Of a DNA stretch of 64,000 nt, positions 31,378 through 42,264 are shown one piece after another (within the stretch, counting starts at the first letter, position 1; the number at the start of each line of letters is the position of its first letter). The position numbers and the translations under genes were made by a program. Origin of the DNA: an uncultured Gemmataceae bacterium (GTDB lineage: Bacteria; Planctomycetota; Planctomycetia; Gemmatales; Gemmataceae). The DNA lies in assembly GCA_963750165.1 (NCBI GenBank), contig CAVVPN010000011.1, positions 1,920,001-1,984,000 on the forward strand, given 5' to 3'. The notes under the pieces are model-generated. The model was not told where the DNA came from, ran no database searches, and saw only the letters and a list, made by a program, of their open reading frames with translations.

Positions 31378-33710
31378 ATGACCATGTTCCGCTCATCCAC
31401 GCAACCGGTCGCGCGGCGGTCGCGCCGTACCCGCGCCCCTGTCCGCGTCCGCCTTGAAGTCGAGGCGCTGGAGCGGCGCTGGGTGCCGAGCACCGTGATG
31501 AACCTGAACGACAGCGGCTCCGGTTCGCTGCGCCAGGCCATTCTCGACACCGCTGCCGGCGGCACCGTGGACTTCCAGCCCGGCCTGAGCGGCACCATCA
31601 CCCTGACCAGCGGCGAACTGGCCATCGGCAACGACCTCACCATCATTGGCCCCGGCGCCGCCGCTCTCACCGTCAGCGGCAACCATGCCTTTCGGATCTT
31701 CGATGTCATTGGCAGTAGCGTGGCCGTCTCGGGGCTGACCCTCACCGCCGGCCTTAGTAATGACACCGGCGGCGCCGTCCAGAATGCCGGCACGCTGCGG
31801 GTGACCGCGTGCGTGTTCAGCGGCAATGTCGTGAACAGTCAACTGGGCAGTTACCAGGGGGGTGGCGCGGTTTTCAATTCCGGCGTGCTGAACGTGACGG
31901 ACTGCACATTGAGCAACAACGCCGCGAGCGGCGACCAGCAGAACGTGGGCGGCGGCATTTACAACACCGGCACGCTGACCGTCATGAATAGCGTCGTCAC
32001 CGGGAACTCCGTCGGCGACAGCGGCGCCTCCGGCGCCCGGAAAGCAACCGGGGCGGTGGCATTTTCAACTACGGGGGCAACGTGACCCTCACCGACTCGA
32101 TCGTCAGTGACAACCAGATTAAACATTTCGGGTACGGCGGCGGCATTGAAAACATTGGGACGTTCACCGTCACCGACTCCATCATCACCGGCAACTCCGC
32201 TGGTCCCGGGGGTGGGGGTGGCATCTGGAACGCTGGGAGTTTGACCGTCGCCAACTCTCAGGTGAACGGCAACTCCTCGAACCTGGGCGGCGCCGGCATC
32301 CTCCAGCAGGACGGCTCCCTGACCGTGACGTACTCCCTCTTTAGCGGCAACGACTGCGGGATCGATGAAGGGGGTGGCATCTACGTGATCACCGGCCTGC
32401 TGACCGTTACCAACTCCAACTTCAGCGGCAACCTGGGGGAGGGTGCGGGCCTCGCGACTTACGAGAACGCCGCGATCTCCGTGACCGTCACCAACTCCAC
32501 CTTCTACGGCAACCGATCACCCGGCAGCGGAGGTGCCGTCCTGGCCGATCAAGGCACGCTCGCCATCACAAACTGTACGTTCAACGACAACCAGGCCAAC
32601 AACCCCAACGGCGGCGGCCTCGGCGGCGCCGTCTACCTGCAGGGCAATGCGTCGTTGACCGTCACGAACTCCACGGTGAGCGGCAACCGTGCCAACGACG
32701 GCGGCGGCGGTTACTTCATCCAAACGGCGGGGACGCTGACACTGCTGAACACGATCATCGCCGGGAACGCCGCACCTTCCTCCCCTGATGTCGGCGGGCT
32801 CGTGCACAGCCTGGGCCACAACCTGATCGGCGACTGCACCGGCGGCAGTGGGTTCGCCGCGACCGACCAGGTCGGCACGGCCGCCGCCCCCATCGACCCG
32901 AAACTCGGCCCGCTGCAGGACAACGGCGGCCTCACTCCAACGATGGCCCTACTGGCCGGCAGCCCGGCCATTAATGCCGGCACCGCCACCGGCGCTCCGG
33001 CCACGGACCAGCGCGGCGCCCTGCGCCTGCCCGACCCGAACATCGACAGCGGCGCTTACGAGAGCGGCGGCCCCTACACGTCCTACGTCAATCTGCTCTA
33101 CTTCGACCTGCTGGGCCGACCGGCGGACCAGGCGGGCCTCGCCGGCTGGGCGAGTAGTTTGGCGGCCGGCACCTTGTCCTACTACCAGGTGGCCTGGGAT
33201 GTCTGGCACTCCGGCGAGCAGTACCAGCGGGCGGTGGGGCAGTTCTATCAGACCTACCTGCACCGCGCCGGCAACCCGCAGGAGGTTGCCGCCTGGGTGG
33301 GCGTTCTGGAGAGCGGGGCGCTGAGCGAGACGGACGTGGCGCTGCTGTTCGTGACCTCGCCGGAGTACAACGCCAGTCACCCCACCAACCAGTCCTATGT
33401 CGAGGGGTTGTACAACGACCTGCTGAATCGCAACGGCGCCTACACGCCGGCCGAGGTCGCCGTCTGGACGACGCCACTCGACCAGGGAACGCTCAGTCGG
33501 CCGATGGTGGCGGCGGACTTCCTCAACTCGACCGAGGCGCTGTCCGACGGCTTCACCTTCAACTACACGAACTGGCTGAACCGGCAGGAGTCGCTGGTGG
33601 AGTTGCAGGGGTGGCTGGCGGCCATCGCCCCCAACGCGCTGAACGGGGCCACGGTGGCGACGCTGTTCCTCAGCTGCCCCGAGTACCTGACCCTGGCCGG
33701 GGCCGCATAG
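31378..33710 (+). CDS. Planctomycete extracellular beta-helix protein (Pmp-like GG[A/G]I repeats, choice-of-anchor Q, C-terminal DUF4214-like domain); apparent frameshift at ~32037
   Basis: LEVEALERRWVPS (LEPRxLL-like); DSGSGSLRQAI; many GGGIxN repeats; DPKLGPLQDNGG.TPTMALLAGSPAINAG..TDQRG..DSGAYE; LYFDLLGRPAD. Confidence 0.85.
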
Positions 33711-33748
33711 CGGCGTGCATCGGCTGAAGCGTCGGCCCAGGGGCCCCG

Positions 33749-34401
33749 TCAACTGGTCGCCGGCTGCTGCCGCTCGAAATATTCGGCGTACACCGCGTCG
33801 CCGCGCTGCTGCATCTGTTTGAGCAGGTCCGCTGGCGGTTGCACCAGCCCGGCACCCTGGCCGGTGATCTTCTCCACCATCAACCGAAAACGGAACCGGT
33901 CGATCAGCCGATAAAAGGCGTCCGCCGACTCCGCCTGCTCGTGGTGGAAGTACAGCGACTGGCGCTGTTCCATGCGCCGGCGCACTTCCTTCAGGTAGCG
34001 CCAGATGGCGAGGTAAAAGCCGAATAGCTCCACGTGAAAGCCGTACAGCGGCACCAGCTTGACCTGCAGCGCCCGGAAGCGTCCGGTCACGTCCACGAAT
34101 TCCTCCAGGCAGCGCTGCAACACCTCAACGCGGCGGCACTCGCGCTGCAGGTCGTCGCTAATGCCGGCGAGCAGGTCCGGCGCCGGGCCGAGCACCGCCT
34201 GGTAAATCTTGCGCGGCTTGTAGAGCCGGTCGGTAAACGTGTCCACGGCGTCGATCAGTTCCTGGCGGGCAGTCGGCGCTGGCGGTAGCGCTGGTAGAGG
34301 ATGTTGACGAAGAAGCCCACGATGCCGAGCGCCACCACCTGGGCGATGCACTGCCAGACGGCGGTTTCCAGGGCGGACGCCTCGGCGAACAGCGCGGACA
34401 T
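33749..34401 (-). CDS. Single-TM hypothetical protein; apparent frameshift at ~34277
   Basis: GGAGGAG upstream of ATG 34401; MSALFAEA...IAQVVALGIVGFFVNILYQRYRQ continues as TARQELIDAVD... in the adjacent frame. Confidence 0.65.
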
Positions 34402-34441
34402 TGGCGGACTCCTCCCAGGAACAGGGATGTTCGGGGTACGG

Positions 34442-35953
34442 TCAGCGCCGCAGCGCCTGCCGCAGTTGCTCCGGTGTGCCGCGCAGTTGCATGCTGACCC
34501 AGTGCGCCGCTGCGCCGCCCGTTTGCTGCTCGGCGTGCCGGCGCGCCGCGACCAGCGCGGCGGTCGTCGGCAACGGCTCCGGCCCCCAGGCGAACGCCGG
34601 CACCCACGTCAGCGCCGCCGGCAGCGGGCCCGCCACCCTGGGAGCGCCCAGCCCCGGCAACTGCTGCGCTTCGAGCAGGCGTTGCAGCCGCCGCGCCGAC
34701 GCCGCGTCGGCACACCGGAACTCCCCGACCAGCGCCACGTCCTTTTGAAAGCGCAACCCCAGGTAAAACGTCTGGATCTTCGTCAAATCGGCCGGCGCCT
34801 CCGGCGCCGCCTTGACGAACGCCAGCACCGGCTTGAGCAGTTCGCGCGGCACGTTCGTCCCGGCGACCCAGACCAGCGTGCCCTTGCCGACGCGCTCTTC
34901 CAGACAGCGCCGCAGCGGTTCGGGCAGCCCGGTCGTCCGTTGCTCCGGGTGCGCCGGCAACCGGGCGCGCACGTCCTCGTAGCGGCTGCCGTCGAACCAG
35001 GAGGCCAGCACGAAGATGCGGTCGGTAGGGCACCAGAGGAAGCCTTCGACGCCGTTGCGGGGCAGGGTGCGGTAGATCGGCCGGCCGCGAAACTCCTCGT
35101 GCTTGCCCTCCGTCAGCTTCGCCGGAAACTTGCGGAGGTCGTAGGGCTGGCGCGTCTGCACAACGATGAACGGCTGCGGGATGGGGAACGGCAGGAATTG
35201 CGTCATCTGGCCGGGCCGCGAGCCGGCGACCACGTGGTCAATGGCCTCCGGCGGCAGGCCAGTCTGTTCGCGCACCTCGCGGAGCGCCACCTTGACGGGC
35301 GCCCAACCGCCTGGCTCCAGGAAGTCGCGGCCGTCCGGTTCGCGCAGCAGTTCACGGACGTGCAGCGCGGCGATCAAGTTGGTGTCGCGCGGCAGATAGC
35401 CCAGCGCCGGCAACTGGGCCGGAGCGACGGGACGATCGAAGGTCGTGATCGGCGACGGTTCCTCGTCCGGCGGGGCCTGCCGCGGGTCGTGGCGGCGGCG
35501 CACGTCCTCGGTCAGTAGGGCGAACGCCAGCGCCACCGCGAGGGTGCAAACCATGTTGGCGAGCAGAAAACCGACGACGGCTCCGTTGCTGCGCAGGCGG
35601 CGGAAGAACCACAGCCACACCGCCGCGCCGCCGCCAAGGGCCGACAGACCGACCATGAACGGCAGTCCCCGGCGGGCCGGCTCGTAGTCCGCCAGCACGA
35701 CGCGGGCCAGGACGCTGACGACCAGTACGACGGCGCTCAGCGCCGCCAGGCGCAGGGGCCAGTTCGGCGGCGCGGCCTGGAGCAACAACGGCGTGACGGC
35801 GTGGTCCGGCGGTGGGGCGACGGTGATCCCGGTGGCGGCGGTGGCGAGAAAACTTTCGCCGCAGCGCGGGCAGACAATGCGCCCGGTCGGGGTCGCGGCG
35901 GTCGCGGCCACCAGGGCGTTGCAGTATGGACAGGACAGCGCTGCAGCCGTCAT
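34442..35953 (-). CDS. Zinc-ribbon membrane protein with a C-terminal soluble domain
   Basis: CPYC...CPRC; three TM segments; ALGYLP motif. Confidence 0.75.
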   Translation of the reverse strand: MTAAALSCPYCNALVAATAATPTGRIVCPRCGESFLATAATGITVAPPPDHAVTPLLLQAAPPNWPLRLAALSAVVLVVSVLARVVLADYEPARRGLPFMVGLSALGGGAAVWLWFFRRLRSNGAVVGFLLANMVCTLAVALAFALLTEDVRRRHDPRQAPPDEEPSPITTFDRPVAPAQLPALGYLPRDTNLIAALHVRELLREPDGRDFLEPGGWAPVKVALREVREQTGLPPEAIDHVVAGSRPGQMTQFLPFPIPQPFIVVQTRQPYDLRKFPAKLTEGKHEEFRGRPIYRTLPRNGVEGFLWCPTDRIFVLASWFDGSRYEDVRARLPAHPEQRTTGLPEPLRRCLEERVGKGTLVWVAGTNVPRELLKPVLAFVKAAPEAPADLTKIQTFYLGLRFQKDVALVGEFRCADAASARRLQRLLEAQQLPGLGAPRVAGPLPAALTWVPAFAWGPEPLPTTAALVAARRHAEQQTGGAAAHWVSMQLRGTPEQLRQALRR

Positions 35954-36055
35954 GATGTCAACCCACCAACTCAGACGAACAGTTGGGCCACCGGCACACG
36001 GAAGCCGGGCAGGTGCGGTTCGCCGGACAGTTCCTGTCGCCTGTGACGCGCTGCG

Positions 36056-36078
36056 ACAGGCGAGACGCCTGTACCACG
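36056..36078. repeat. REP-like unit, family C
   Basis: ACAGGCGAGACGCCTGTACCACG, whose reverse complement matches the 31073 unit. Confidence 0.7.
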
Positions 36079-36233
36079 ATCAGAAAACACCGCTTTTGCT
36101 TCGCCACCAGGAACTATACCAAAGCCCGCGCGTTTCCTCCAGCGTCGCGCCTCCGGACGGCGCTCCCGGGGCGAGGCCACGCCGCGGTTTGCGCGGGTTC
36201 TTGCCAGTCGTGGGGTTGGGGATAGGAAAGCAA

Positions 36234-36304
36234 TGGACCACAAACCGTGGCACGGCTCTCCAGAGCCGTGGTGGAAACCGCACGGCTCTGGAGAGCCGTG
36301 CCAC
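36234..36304. repeat. REPIN-like doublet, family A, copy 2
   Basis: Exact reverse complement of 10231-10301. Confidence 0.9.
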
Positions 36305-36746
36305 CACGAAGCGGGCCTTGAGCAGGCCACACGCCAGCAGGTGGGCGAGCCACTGGCAGTCCTTGGTGCGGGTCCGACGCTAACGCGGGCTCAAGGCACC
36401 AAGCGATTCAAAGACGACCTCCCCCAGGGCCGGCGGCGGTCCGTTAGCATAGGCCCACTCCCCCCATTTTCATGATCTCTGGGTGCCGCAACGCGGCATG
36501 ACGACTCTAAACTTCCGGAAGGACTCCCGCCCTGCCACGCCGCGCACCGCCCGGCCTTTCCATTTTTTCTTTTTCGCTGTCACCTCTCGCGCGCAGTTGT
36601 CGCTTACCTGATGAACGCCACTGTTGGCCCTCATGGGTCAGCGTTGGCGCCCGGGGAAGTAAGGAATTTGGTTGCCTCGTGGGAGACGATCCCGTATGCT
36701 CACTACCATCTCTTACAACCCAATCCCGTGCCGAGTTGCCCGACTC

Positions 36747-37320
36747 ATGGCAGCGCCCGAACCCATCACTCACTGGCTCCGGCTGGCCCAGGCCGGCGAT
36801 CGCGACGCGGCCGGGCCGCTCTGGGAACATTTTTTCCAGCGCCTGGTCGCCCTGGCGCAAACGCCTGCAAGGGGCACCGTGCGGCGCCGGCGACGAGGAG
36901 GACGTGGCCCTCAGTGTCCTCGACAGTTTCTTTCAGCGCGCCCGCCAGGGAGCCTTTCCAGACCTGAACGACCGCGAAGACCTGTGGCGCTTGCTCGTCT
37001 TCAAGACCGTCCGCAAGGCGATTGACAAATTGCGCTGGGAGCGGTCGCAGAAACGGGGCGGCGGCCGGGTTCCGGCGACGGACGCCGAGTTGCAGCGGGT
37101 GATCGGACGCGAGCCGAGCCCGGAACTGGCTGCCGAGTTCGCGGACAGCTGCCAGCACCTGCTGGCCCAGTTGCCCGACGACCTCCGCCAGATCGCCGTT
37201 TGGCGGATGGAGGGCTATAGCGTCGAGGAGATCGCCGGCCGGATCGGCCGCTGCGACCGCACCGTCAAGCGCTACCTGGACCTGATCCGCACCCAGTGGG
37301 ACGGGGAGGACGAGCCGTGA
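36747..37320 (+). CDS. Planctomycete ECF-type sigma factor; apparent frameshift at ~36857
   Basis: ITHWL...AGDRDAA..LW..FF.RLVALA, then KRL..DEEDVALSVLDSFF, DREDLWRLL, EPSPE, EGYSVEEIA..IGRCDRTVKR. Confidence 0.85.
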
Positions 37321-39449
37321 GCCACTCCGCTTCGTTTCAGCGTGCCTGGCCGCTCGACGCCAAGCTGCGCGTGAACGCGGTGTGCTTGCGCTTTGAAGAC
37401 GCCTGGCAGTCCGGCACGCCGCCCCAGCTGGGAACGTTCCTCGCCGAGTTGGACGAGGCCGACCGGCCCCTGTTGTTCCAGGAACTGCTGGCGCTGGACC
37501 TCACCTACCGCCGCGACCGTGGCGAAACGCCGCGACCGGAGGAGTACACCAGCCGCTTCCCCGATCACGCCTCGCTGGTGGTTTCGGTCTTCAGCGAGGT
37601 GGTGCCGGCGGCGATCGCGCCCGTTACCGCCGGGATCGATACGCACCAGGCCGGGGCGGCTCCGGCCACGGCACACGAACACCCGACCCCAACGGGCGGC
37701 CCCTGGCCGCAGGTGCCGGGCTACGAAATCTTGAAGGAACTGGGCCGCGGCGGCATGGGCGTCGTCTACCAGGCGCGGCAACTGCAAGCGGCGCGGGTGG
37801 TCGCCCTCAAGATGGTGCTGGCCGGCGCCCACGCCAGCGCCGAGGTGCTCAGCCGGTTCCGCATCGAGGCCGCGGCACTGGCGCGACTGCGGCACGCCAA
37901 CGTGGTGCAGGTATACGAGGTCGGCGAGCACAACGGGCTGCCGTTTTTCTCGATGGAGTTCGTGCCCGGCGGCAGCCTGGCGACGCGTCTGAACGGCAAA
38001 TCGTTGGAGTCGCGACTTGCCGCGCATCTGGTCGAACCGCTGGCCCGGGCAGTCCACGCCATCCACGAGGCCGGGGTGGTCCACCGCGACCTGAAGCCGG
38101 GCAATGTGCTGCTCGACGGCAGCCCCGGCGCGCCGCTGGAGCAGTGTACGCCCCGGGTGAGCGATTTCGGTTTGGCCAAGCCGCTGGACGAGGCCGGCTA
38201 CCCGTCCAGGACGAACCAGGCGCTGGGCACCCCCCCTTACATGGCCCCGGAGCAGGCCGCCCCAAAGATCGCCTCTGCGGGGCCGTGGACCGACGTGCAT
38301 GGACTGGGGACGATCCTTTACCAGCTGTTGACGGGCCAACCGCCGTTCCAGGGCGACACGGATTGGGATGTGATCCAGCAGGTGATTGGTCACCAGCCGA
38401 CCTTCCCGTGGCCGCGCTCGCGCCTGGAGCGGGATTTGCAAACCGTTTGCCGCAAGTGCCTGGAAAAAAAGCCGCCGCAGCGCTTCGGCACCGCCGCGGA
38501 GGTGGCGGATCGATTGCAGCGCATCCTGAAAGGCGAGCCGATCCCGGAGCGGCCGCCCGGCTGGGCTGAGCGCGTCGGCCGCCTGCTGCGGCGGCACCTG
38601 CTGCTGGTGGCGTTGGTGCTGCTGGCCCTCGGGGCGGCAGGCGGCATCTGGGGCTTCACGGCGGTGACGGCGTACCTGTCTGACCCGGAGCGGGTGCGCG
38701 AGGGCGTTGAGAAACGGCTGCGCAATGGCGAACCGGTGACGCTGATCGGCGAGACGGGGCCGCCGGGGTATTTCCAGTGGGGGGCGGGTGAAGAAATCAC
38801 GGCGATTTCCACCAAGGCGGATCGACCATTCTCCGTGACGACTACCAAGTTGGCGTTGGTCGAATTTCCCTACGCGGCCCAGCTCAAACGGTTCCGCTTA
38901 CGCGCGGAGGTGCGTCACGAAATGGGTTTCGGAGGAGGGACCGTCGGCATTTTCTGCGGGCACAAAACGCACGGGTGGGCGGAAGACAAGGAACGGATGT
39001 CATTCCTCTCCCTGAGCTACGCCGAGCGCGGTAAGGTGGTGCAGAAAAAAGCAAAAGCGAAGCTCGAAGGCCGGGTGCAATTACAAGCCTATTATGTGGA
39101 GTTGGGGCCGGAGGTGTTTATCATGCCTGCGGCCTTGATCAAGCCGTACAAACCGTTTGAACCCGTTGGGCCCGGCAAGTTCGGCCCCTGGCGCGAACTT
39201 TCGCTGGAGGTGACCGTGGCGGAAACCCGTGCGTCCTGGTCGCCGACTTCAGGAGCGCCAACTGAGCCGATCACCACGGTAACTCCGCCGCAACTCCGCC
39301 CACACGTTGACGGGCAGAAAGTTCAGCAGCCGAGGTTGCGCGAGTTGGTCCTGGAATACGTCCCCCAGGGGGGGATTGGTTTGTTCGTTCACCAAGGCGG
39401 GGCGTCGTTCCGGCGCGTGGTGTTGGAACCGCTCGAAACGCGCCCCTAA
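37317..39449 (+). CDS. Hanks-type Ser/Thr protein kinase with a TM and a C-terminal beta-rich domain
   Basis: GTG start overlaps the sigma-factor stop; CLRFEDAW N-terminal domain; LGRGGMGVVY, VALK, HRDLKPGN, DFGLAK, GTPPYMAPEQ; TM at about aa 435-458. Confidence 0.95.
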   Translation: MSHSASFQRAWPLDAKLRVNAVCLRFEDAWQSGTPPQLGTFLAELDEADRPLLFQELLALDLTYRRDRGETPRPEEYTSRFPDHASLVVSVFSEVVPAAIAPVTAGIDTHQAGAAPATAHEHPTPTGGPWPQVPGYEILKELGRGGMGVVYQARQLQAARVVALKMVLAGAHASAEVLSRFRIEAAALARLRHANVVQVYEVGEHNGLPFFSMEFVPGGSLATRLNGKSLESRLAAHLVEPLARAVHAIHEAGVVHRDLKPGNVLLDGSPGAPLEQCTPRVSDFGLAKPLDEAGYPSRTNQALGTPPYMAPEQAAPKIASAGPWTDVHGLGTILYQLLTGQPPFQGDTDWDVIQQVIGHQPTFPWPRSRLERDLQTVCRKCLEKKPPQRFGTAAEVADRLQRILKGEPIPERPPGWAERVGRLLRRHLLLVALVLLALGAAGGIWGFTAVTAYLSDPERVREGVEKRLRNGEPVTLIGETGPPGYFQWGAGEEITAISTKADRPFSVTTTKLALVEFPYAAQLKRFRLRAEVRHEMGFGGGTVGIFCGHKTHGWAEDKERMSFLSLSYAERGKVVQKKAKAKLEGRVQLQAYYVELGPEVFIMPAALIKPYKPFEPVGPGKFGPWRELSLEVTVAETRASWSPTSGAPTEPITTVTPPQLRPHVDGQKVQQPRLRELVLEYVPQGGIGLFVHQGGASFRRVVLEPLETRP

Positions 39450-39464
39450 ATGAAGGAGGTCGAA

Positions 39465-39863
39465 ATGCCTACCATTGAGATTGACAGTCCGCTCGACAAG
39501 GATGAAGAGACCTGGACGCAGTCGGAACTGGAAACCGGCACCCTCGCCTACGTGGCAACCGGTTCCTACAACCTGGACGGATTCTTTGAGCATCGTGATA
39601 ACGTGAAAGTCGAGGTCCGGGTCGTGTACCCCCCGAGCGATTCGAACCTGAATACGCAGTCCACCTACGACGCACGAAAAGCGACGCTCATTCCCGCGGA
39701 CGATCCGGACGCTGATCCGACCTGGGAGGCTGACTTTCCAACATTGACGATGCCGACCAATCAGGCGGTCCTGGTGGCCTTTTTGTACAACGGGGACCAG
39801 TACCTGGCTTCATACTCCATCGATGTCGTTATTGGGGTGCCTGACGCCCCACGAAAGAAATAG
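39465..39863 (+). CDS. Small acidic hypothetical protein
   Basis: AAGGAGG 5-6 nt upstream of ATG 39465; directly follows the kinase; more AT-rich than neighbouring genes. Confidence 0.7.
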   Translation: MPTIEIDSPLDKDEETWTQSELETGTLAYVATGSYNLDGFFEHRDNVKVEVRVVYPPSDSNLNTQSTYDARKATLIPADDPDADPTWEADFPTLTMPTNQAVLVAFLYNGDQYLASYSIDVVIGVPDAPRKK

Positions 39864-40011
39864 CCAGGGAGATACTGATCTCCCCGCTTTAGAGCGGATT
39901 GCAATCGCGTGTAGCGGTCTGGTTCCAAGGACCGCCGACGAAGAAACGGGGCGGGGCGGGGAGTAACATCTGATCTGGATGCCGTCGCCGGGCGCCGCGC
40001 GGTGGTGCCGG

Positions 40012-41298
40012 TCACCCCAGGGTCGGCAGCACTCGCCCCGTCACCTCGCCGAAGCCGACGCGGTAACCCTGGCCCTGGCACCAGCCCGTCAGCGTCAGCC
40101 GGTCGCCGTCCTGCAGGAACGTGCGCGTCTCGCCGTCCGGCAGCGTCAGCGGCTTCTTGCCGCCCCACGCCAGCTCCAGCAGACTGCCGTACGAGTCCGG
40201 CGTCGGCCCACTAATGGTGCCCGACGCCAGCAGATCACCGGGAAACAGGTTGCAGCCGTTGACCGTGTGGTGCGCCAGCTGTTGCAGCACGTTCCAGTAC
40301 AAATATTTGCTGTTCGAGCGGCTGAGGACGTGCGGCCGCTCCGAATTCGCGGTCTGCAACCGCACCTCCAGCTGGATGTCGAACGCCCAGTCGCCGGCGC
40401 TGCGCAGGTACGGCAGCGGTTGCGGCTGCTGCACCGGACCAGCGGCGCGGAACGGCTCCAGCGCTTCCAGCGTCACCACCCACGGCGAGATCGATGTGCA
40501 GAAATTCTTCGCCAGGAACGGGCCGAGCGGCACGTATTCCCACTTCTGAATGTCGCGGGCGCTCCAGTCGTTGACCAGCACCATGCCGAAGATGTGCTCT
40601 GCGGCGCGGCCGATGGGGATCGGCTCGCCCAGCGCGTTGCCGGGGCCGACGAAGAAGCCCATCTCCAGCTCGAAATCCAGCGCCCGGCTCGGGCCAAACG
40701 TCGGCGCCGCGGCGTCGTCGGCTTTCGTCTGGCCGCAGGGGCGACGCACGTCCGTGCCGCTGACGACGACGGAACTGGCGCGGCCGTGGTAGGCGACGGG
40801 CAGGTGCAGCCAGTTCGGCATCAGCGCGTTGTCGGGGCCGCGCAGCATGGTGCCGACGTTGCTGGCGTGCTCACGCGACGAGTAGAAGTCGGTGTAGTCG
40901 CCGATGCGGAACGGCAGGTGCATCTTGACGCGCTCGCGCGGCAGCAGGATCGCATCGCGGATCGTCTCGGCGTCGCGCAGGTAGGAGTCGGCGTCGCTGA
41001 GCAGCCGGCTCAGACGGCCGCGGACCTCGCGCCACGCGGCGGGACCGAGGGCGGCGAAGGCGTTGAGGCGGTCCTGCTCCAGTGCGTGGCGGGCCTCCGG
41101 TTCCAGGCGGTCCCCGAAGGGCGAGAGGTTCAGCGCCCCGGCTACGTCCAGCACGAAATCGCCAATGGCGACGCCGATGCGCTGCGCCTCGTGGTCGTCC
41201 GTGCTGAAGACGCCATACGGCAGGTTCTGAATCGGAAACGGCGAGTCCGCCGCGACCGGGATGAAGGAACGCAGGGCCGGGTCCGTGGTCGGGTTCAT
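40012..41298 (-). CDS. fahA: Fumarylacetoacetase
   Basis: [67 protein letters not shown]. Confidence 0.95.
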   Translation of the reverse strand: MNPTTDPALRSFIPVAADSPFPIQNLPYGVFSTDDHEAQRIGVAIGDFVLDVAGALNLSPFGDRLEPEARHALEQDRLNAFAALGPAAWREVRGRLSRLLSDADSYLRDAETIRDAILLPRERVKMHLPFRIGDYTDFYSSREHASNVGTMLRGPDNALMPNWLHLPVAYHGRASSVVVSGTDVRRPCGQTKADDAAAPTFGPSRALDFELEMGFFVGPGNALGEPIPIGRAAEHIFGMVLVNDWSARDIQKWEYVPLGPFLAKNFCTSISPWVVTLEALEPFRAAGPVQQPQPLPYLRSAGDWAFDIQLEVRLQTANSERPHVLSRSNSKYLYWNVLQQLAHHTVNGCNLFPGDLLASGTISGPTPDSYGSLLELAWGGKKPLTLPDGETRTFLQDGDRLTLTGWCQGQGYRVGFGEVTGRVLPTLG

Positions 41299-41319
41299 GC
41301 ACGATCCCTCTCGGAGTGG

Positions 41320-42264
41320 TCAGGGGAGCAAACCCAGCGCCCGCAGGTCGTCGCGCGGCTCGTCGAAGCTGCAACTGCCGAACGACACCGCGAACTGCTC
41401 GCGCGCCGCCTGAATCTGCTCGGTCGTTACCTGCAAGTCTTGCCAGCGGAAGCCGGCGTCGTCGAAGACGAAATGGCTGGCGTCCTCGTCCTCGATGATG
41501 GCCTGGATGTATTCCGCGTCCAGCTTGTGATAGAACGCCAGCACCGCGGCGCCGAAGACGTTGAGGAAGCCGTGCATCATCACGTTGAGGCCGGCGTCGC
41601 GGTGGCGGATGGGATGATGCAGGCCCGCGGTCGCCTTGAAGGGCTGAACCAGTTTGCGGCAAAGATAGAGGACCAGAGCCACCTGCTCTGGCGTCGGGAA
41701 TGCGCTCGCCTCCAGGCCGCCGCACCGCATTTTCAGGCCCCGTTTGAGGCCCTGCAATACGGTAGGCCCGGTCCTGTACCGTGCCGAGCCGGAAGCCGGT
41801 TCACAGAATACCTGAAGGATACCCGCCTCGCCGCCGTCAAGCAGTTGGTTCAGGGTATCGTGGAACTGTTCTCCTTGCTCCGGTTGTGAAACGGCGAGCA
41901 GCGCTTGCGGCAACTTCAACTCGTAGACGCCCACTTCAGCCCGGCCGGGATAACGTTGGCGGAACGCCTGGATCGCTGCCAGGTCCGCCCGTACCCCCTC
42001 CAGGAACTCGGGTACGGTGTTTCCGCCACCGCCGAGCGCCGAAAATGCCCACGGCGGCCCCTGCCCCAGCAGCTCGCCCGACGTCGCGCTCACCTCCGCC
42101 AGCCGCGCCGCCGGCACGATGAAGCGCCCCAGCATCCACGCGTCCGGCCCCTGCCGATACGCCGCGTAGTTGCGCAGCGCCTGCTCCAGCGGCAGCTTCG
42201 CCGGCGGGAACAGCCCCGCGTAATCGATCAGGCCCGTCATCAACGCTCGCACACTCGCCAGCAT
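41320..42264 (-). CDS. Conserved hypothetical protein co-transcribed with fahA
   Basis: GLIDYAGLFPPA, KMRCGG, FKATAGLHHP, HGFLN, SFGSCSFDEP; ends 21 bp upstream of fahA. Confidence 0.8.
   Translation of the reverse strand: MLASVRALMTGLIDYAGLFPPAKLPLEQALRNYAAYRQGPDAWMLGRFIVPAARLAEVSATSGELLGQGPPWAFSALGGGGNTVPEFLEGVRADLAAIQAFRQRYPGRAEVGVYELKLPQALLAVSQPEQGEQFHDTLNQLLDGGEAGILQVFCEPASGSARYRTGPTVLQGLKRGLKMRCGGLEASAFPTPEQVALVLYLCRKLVQPFKATAGLHHPIRHRDAGLNVMMHGFLNVFGAAVLAFYHKLDAEYIQAIIEDEDASHFVFDDAGFRWQDLQVTTEQIQAAREQFAVSFGSCSFDEPRDDLRALGLLP

Noticed and set aside
35954..36746. Short ORFs or an ncRNA in the ~790-bp intergenic region
   Set aside because: The ORFs lack codon bias and overlap repeats; no recognisable tRNA or ncRNA structure.
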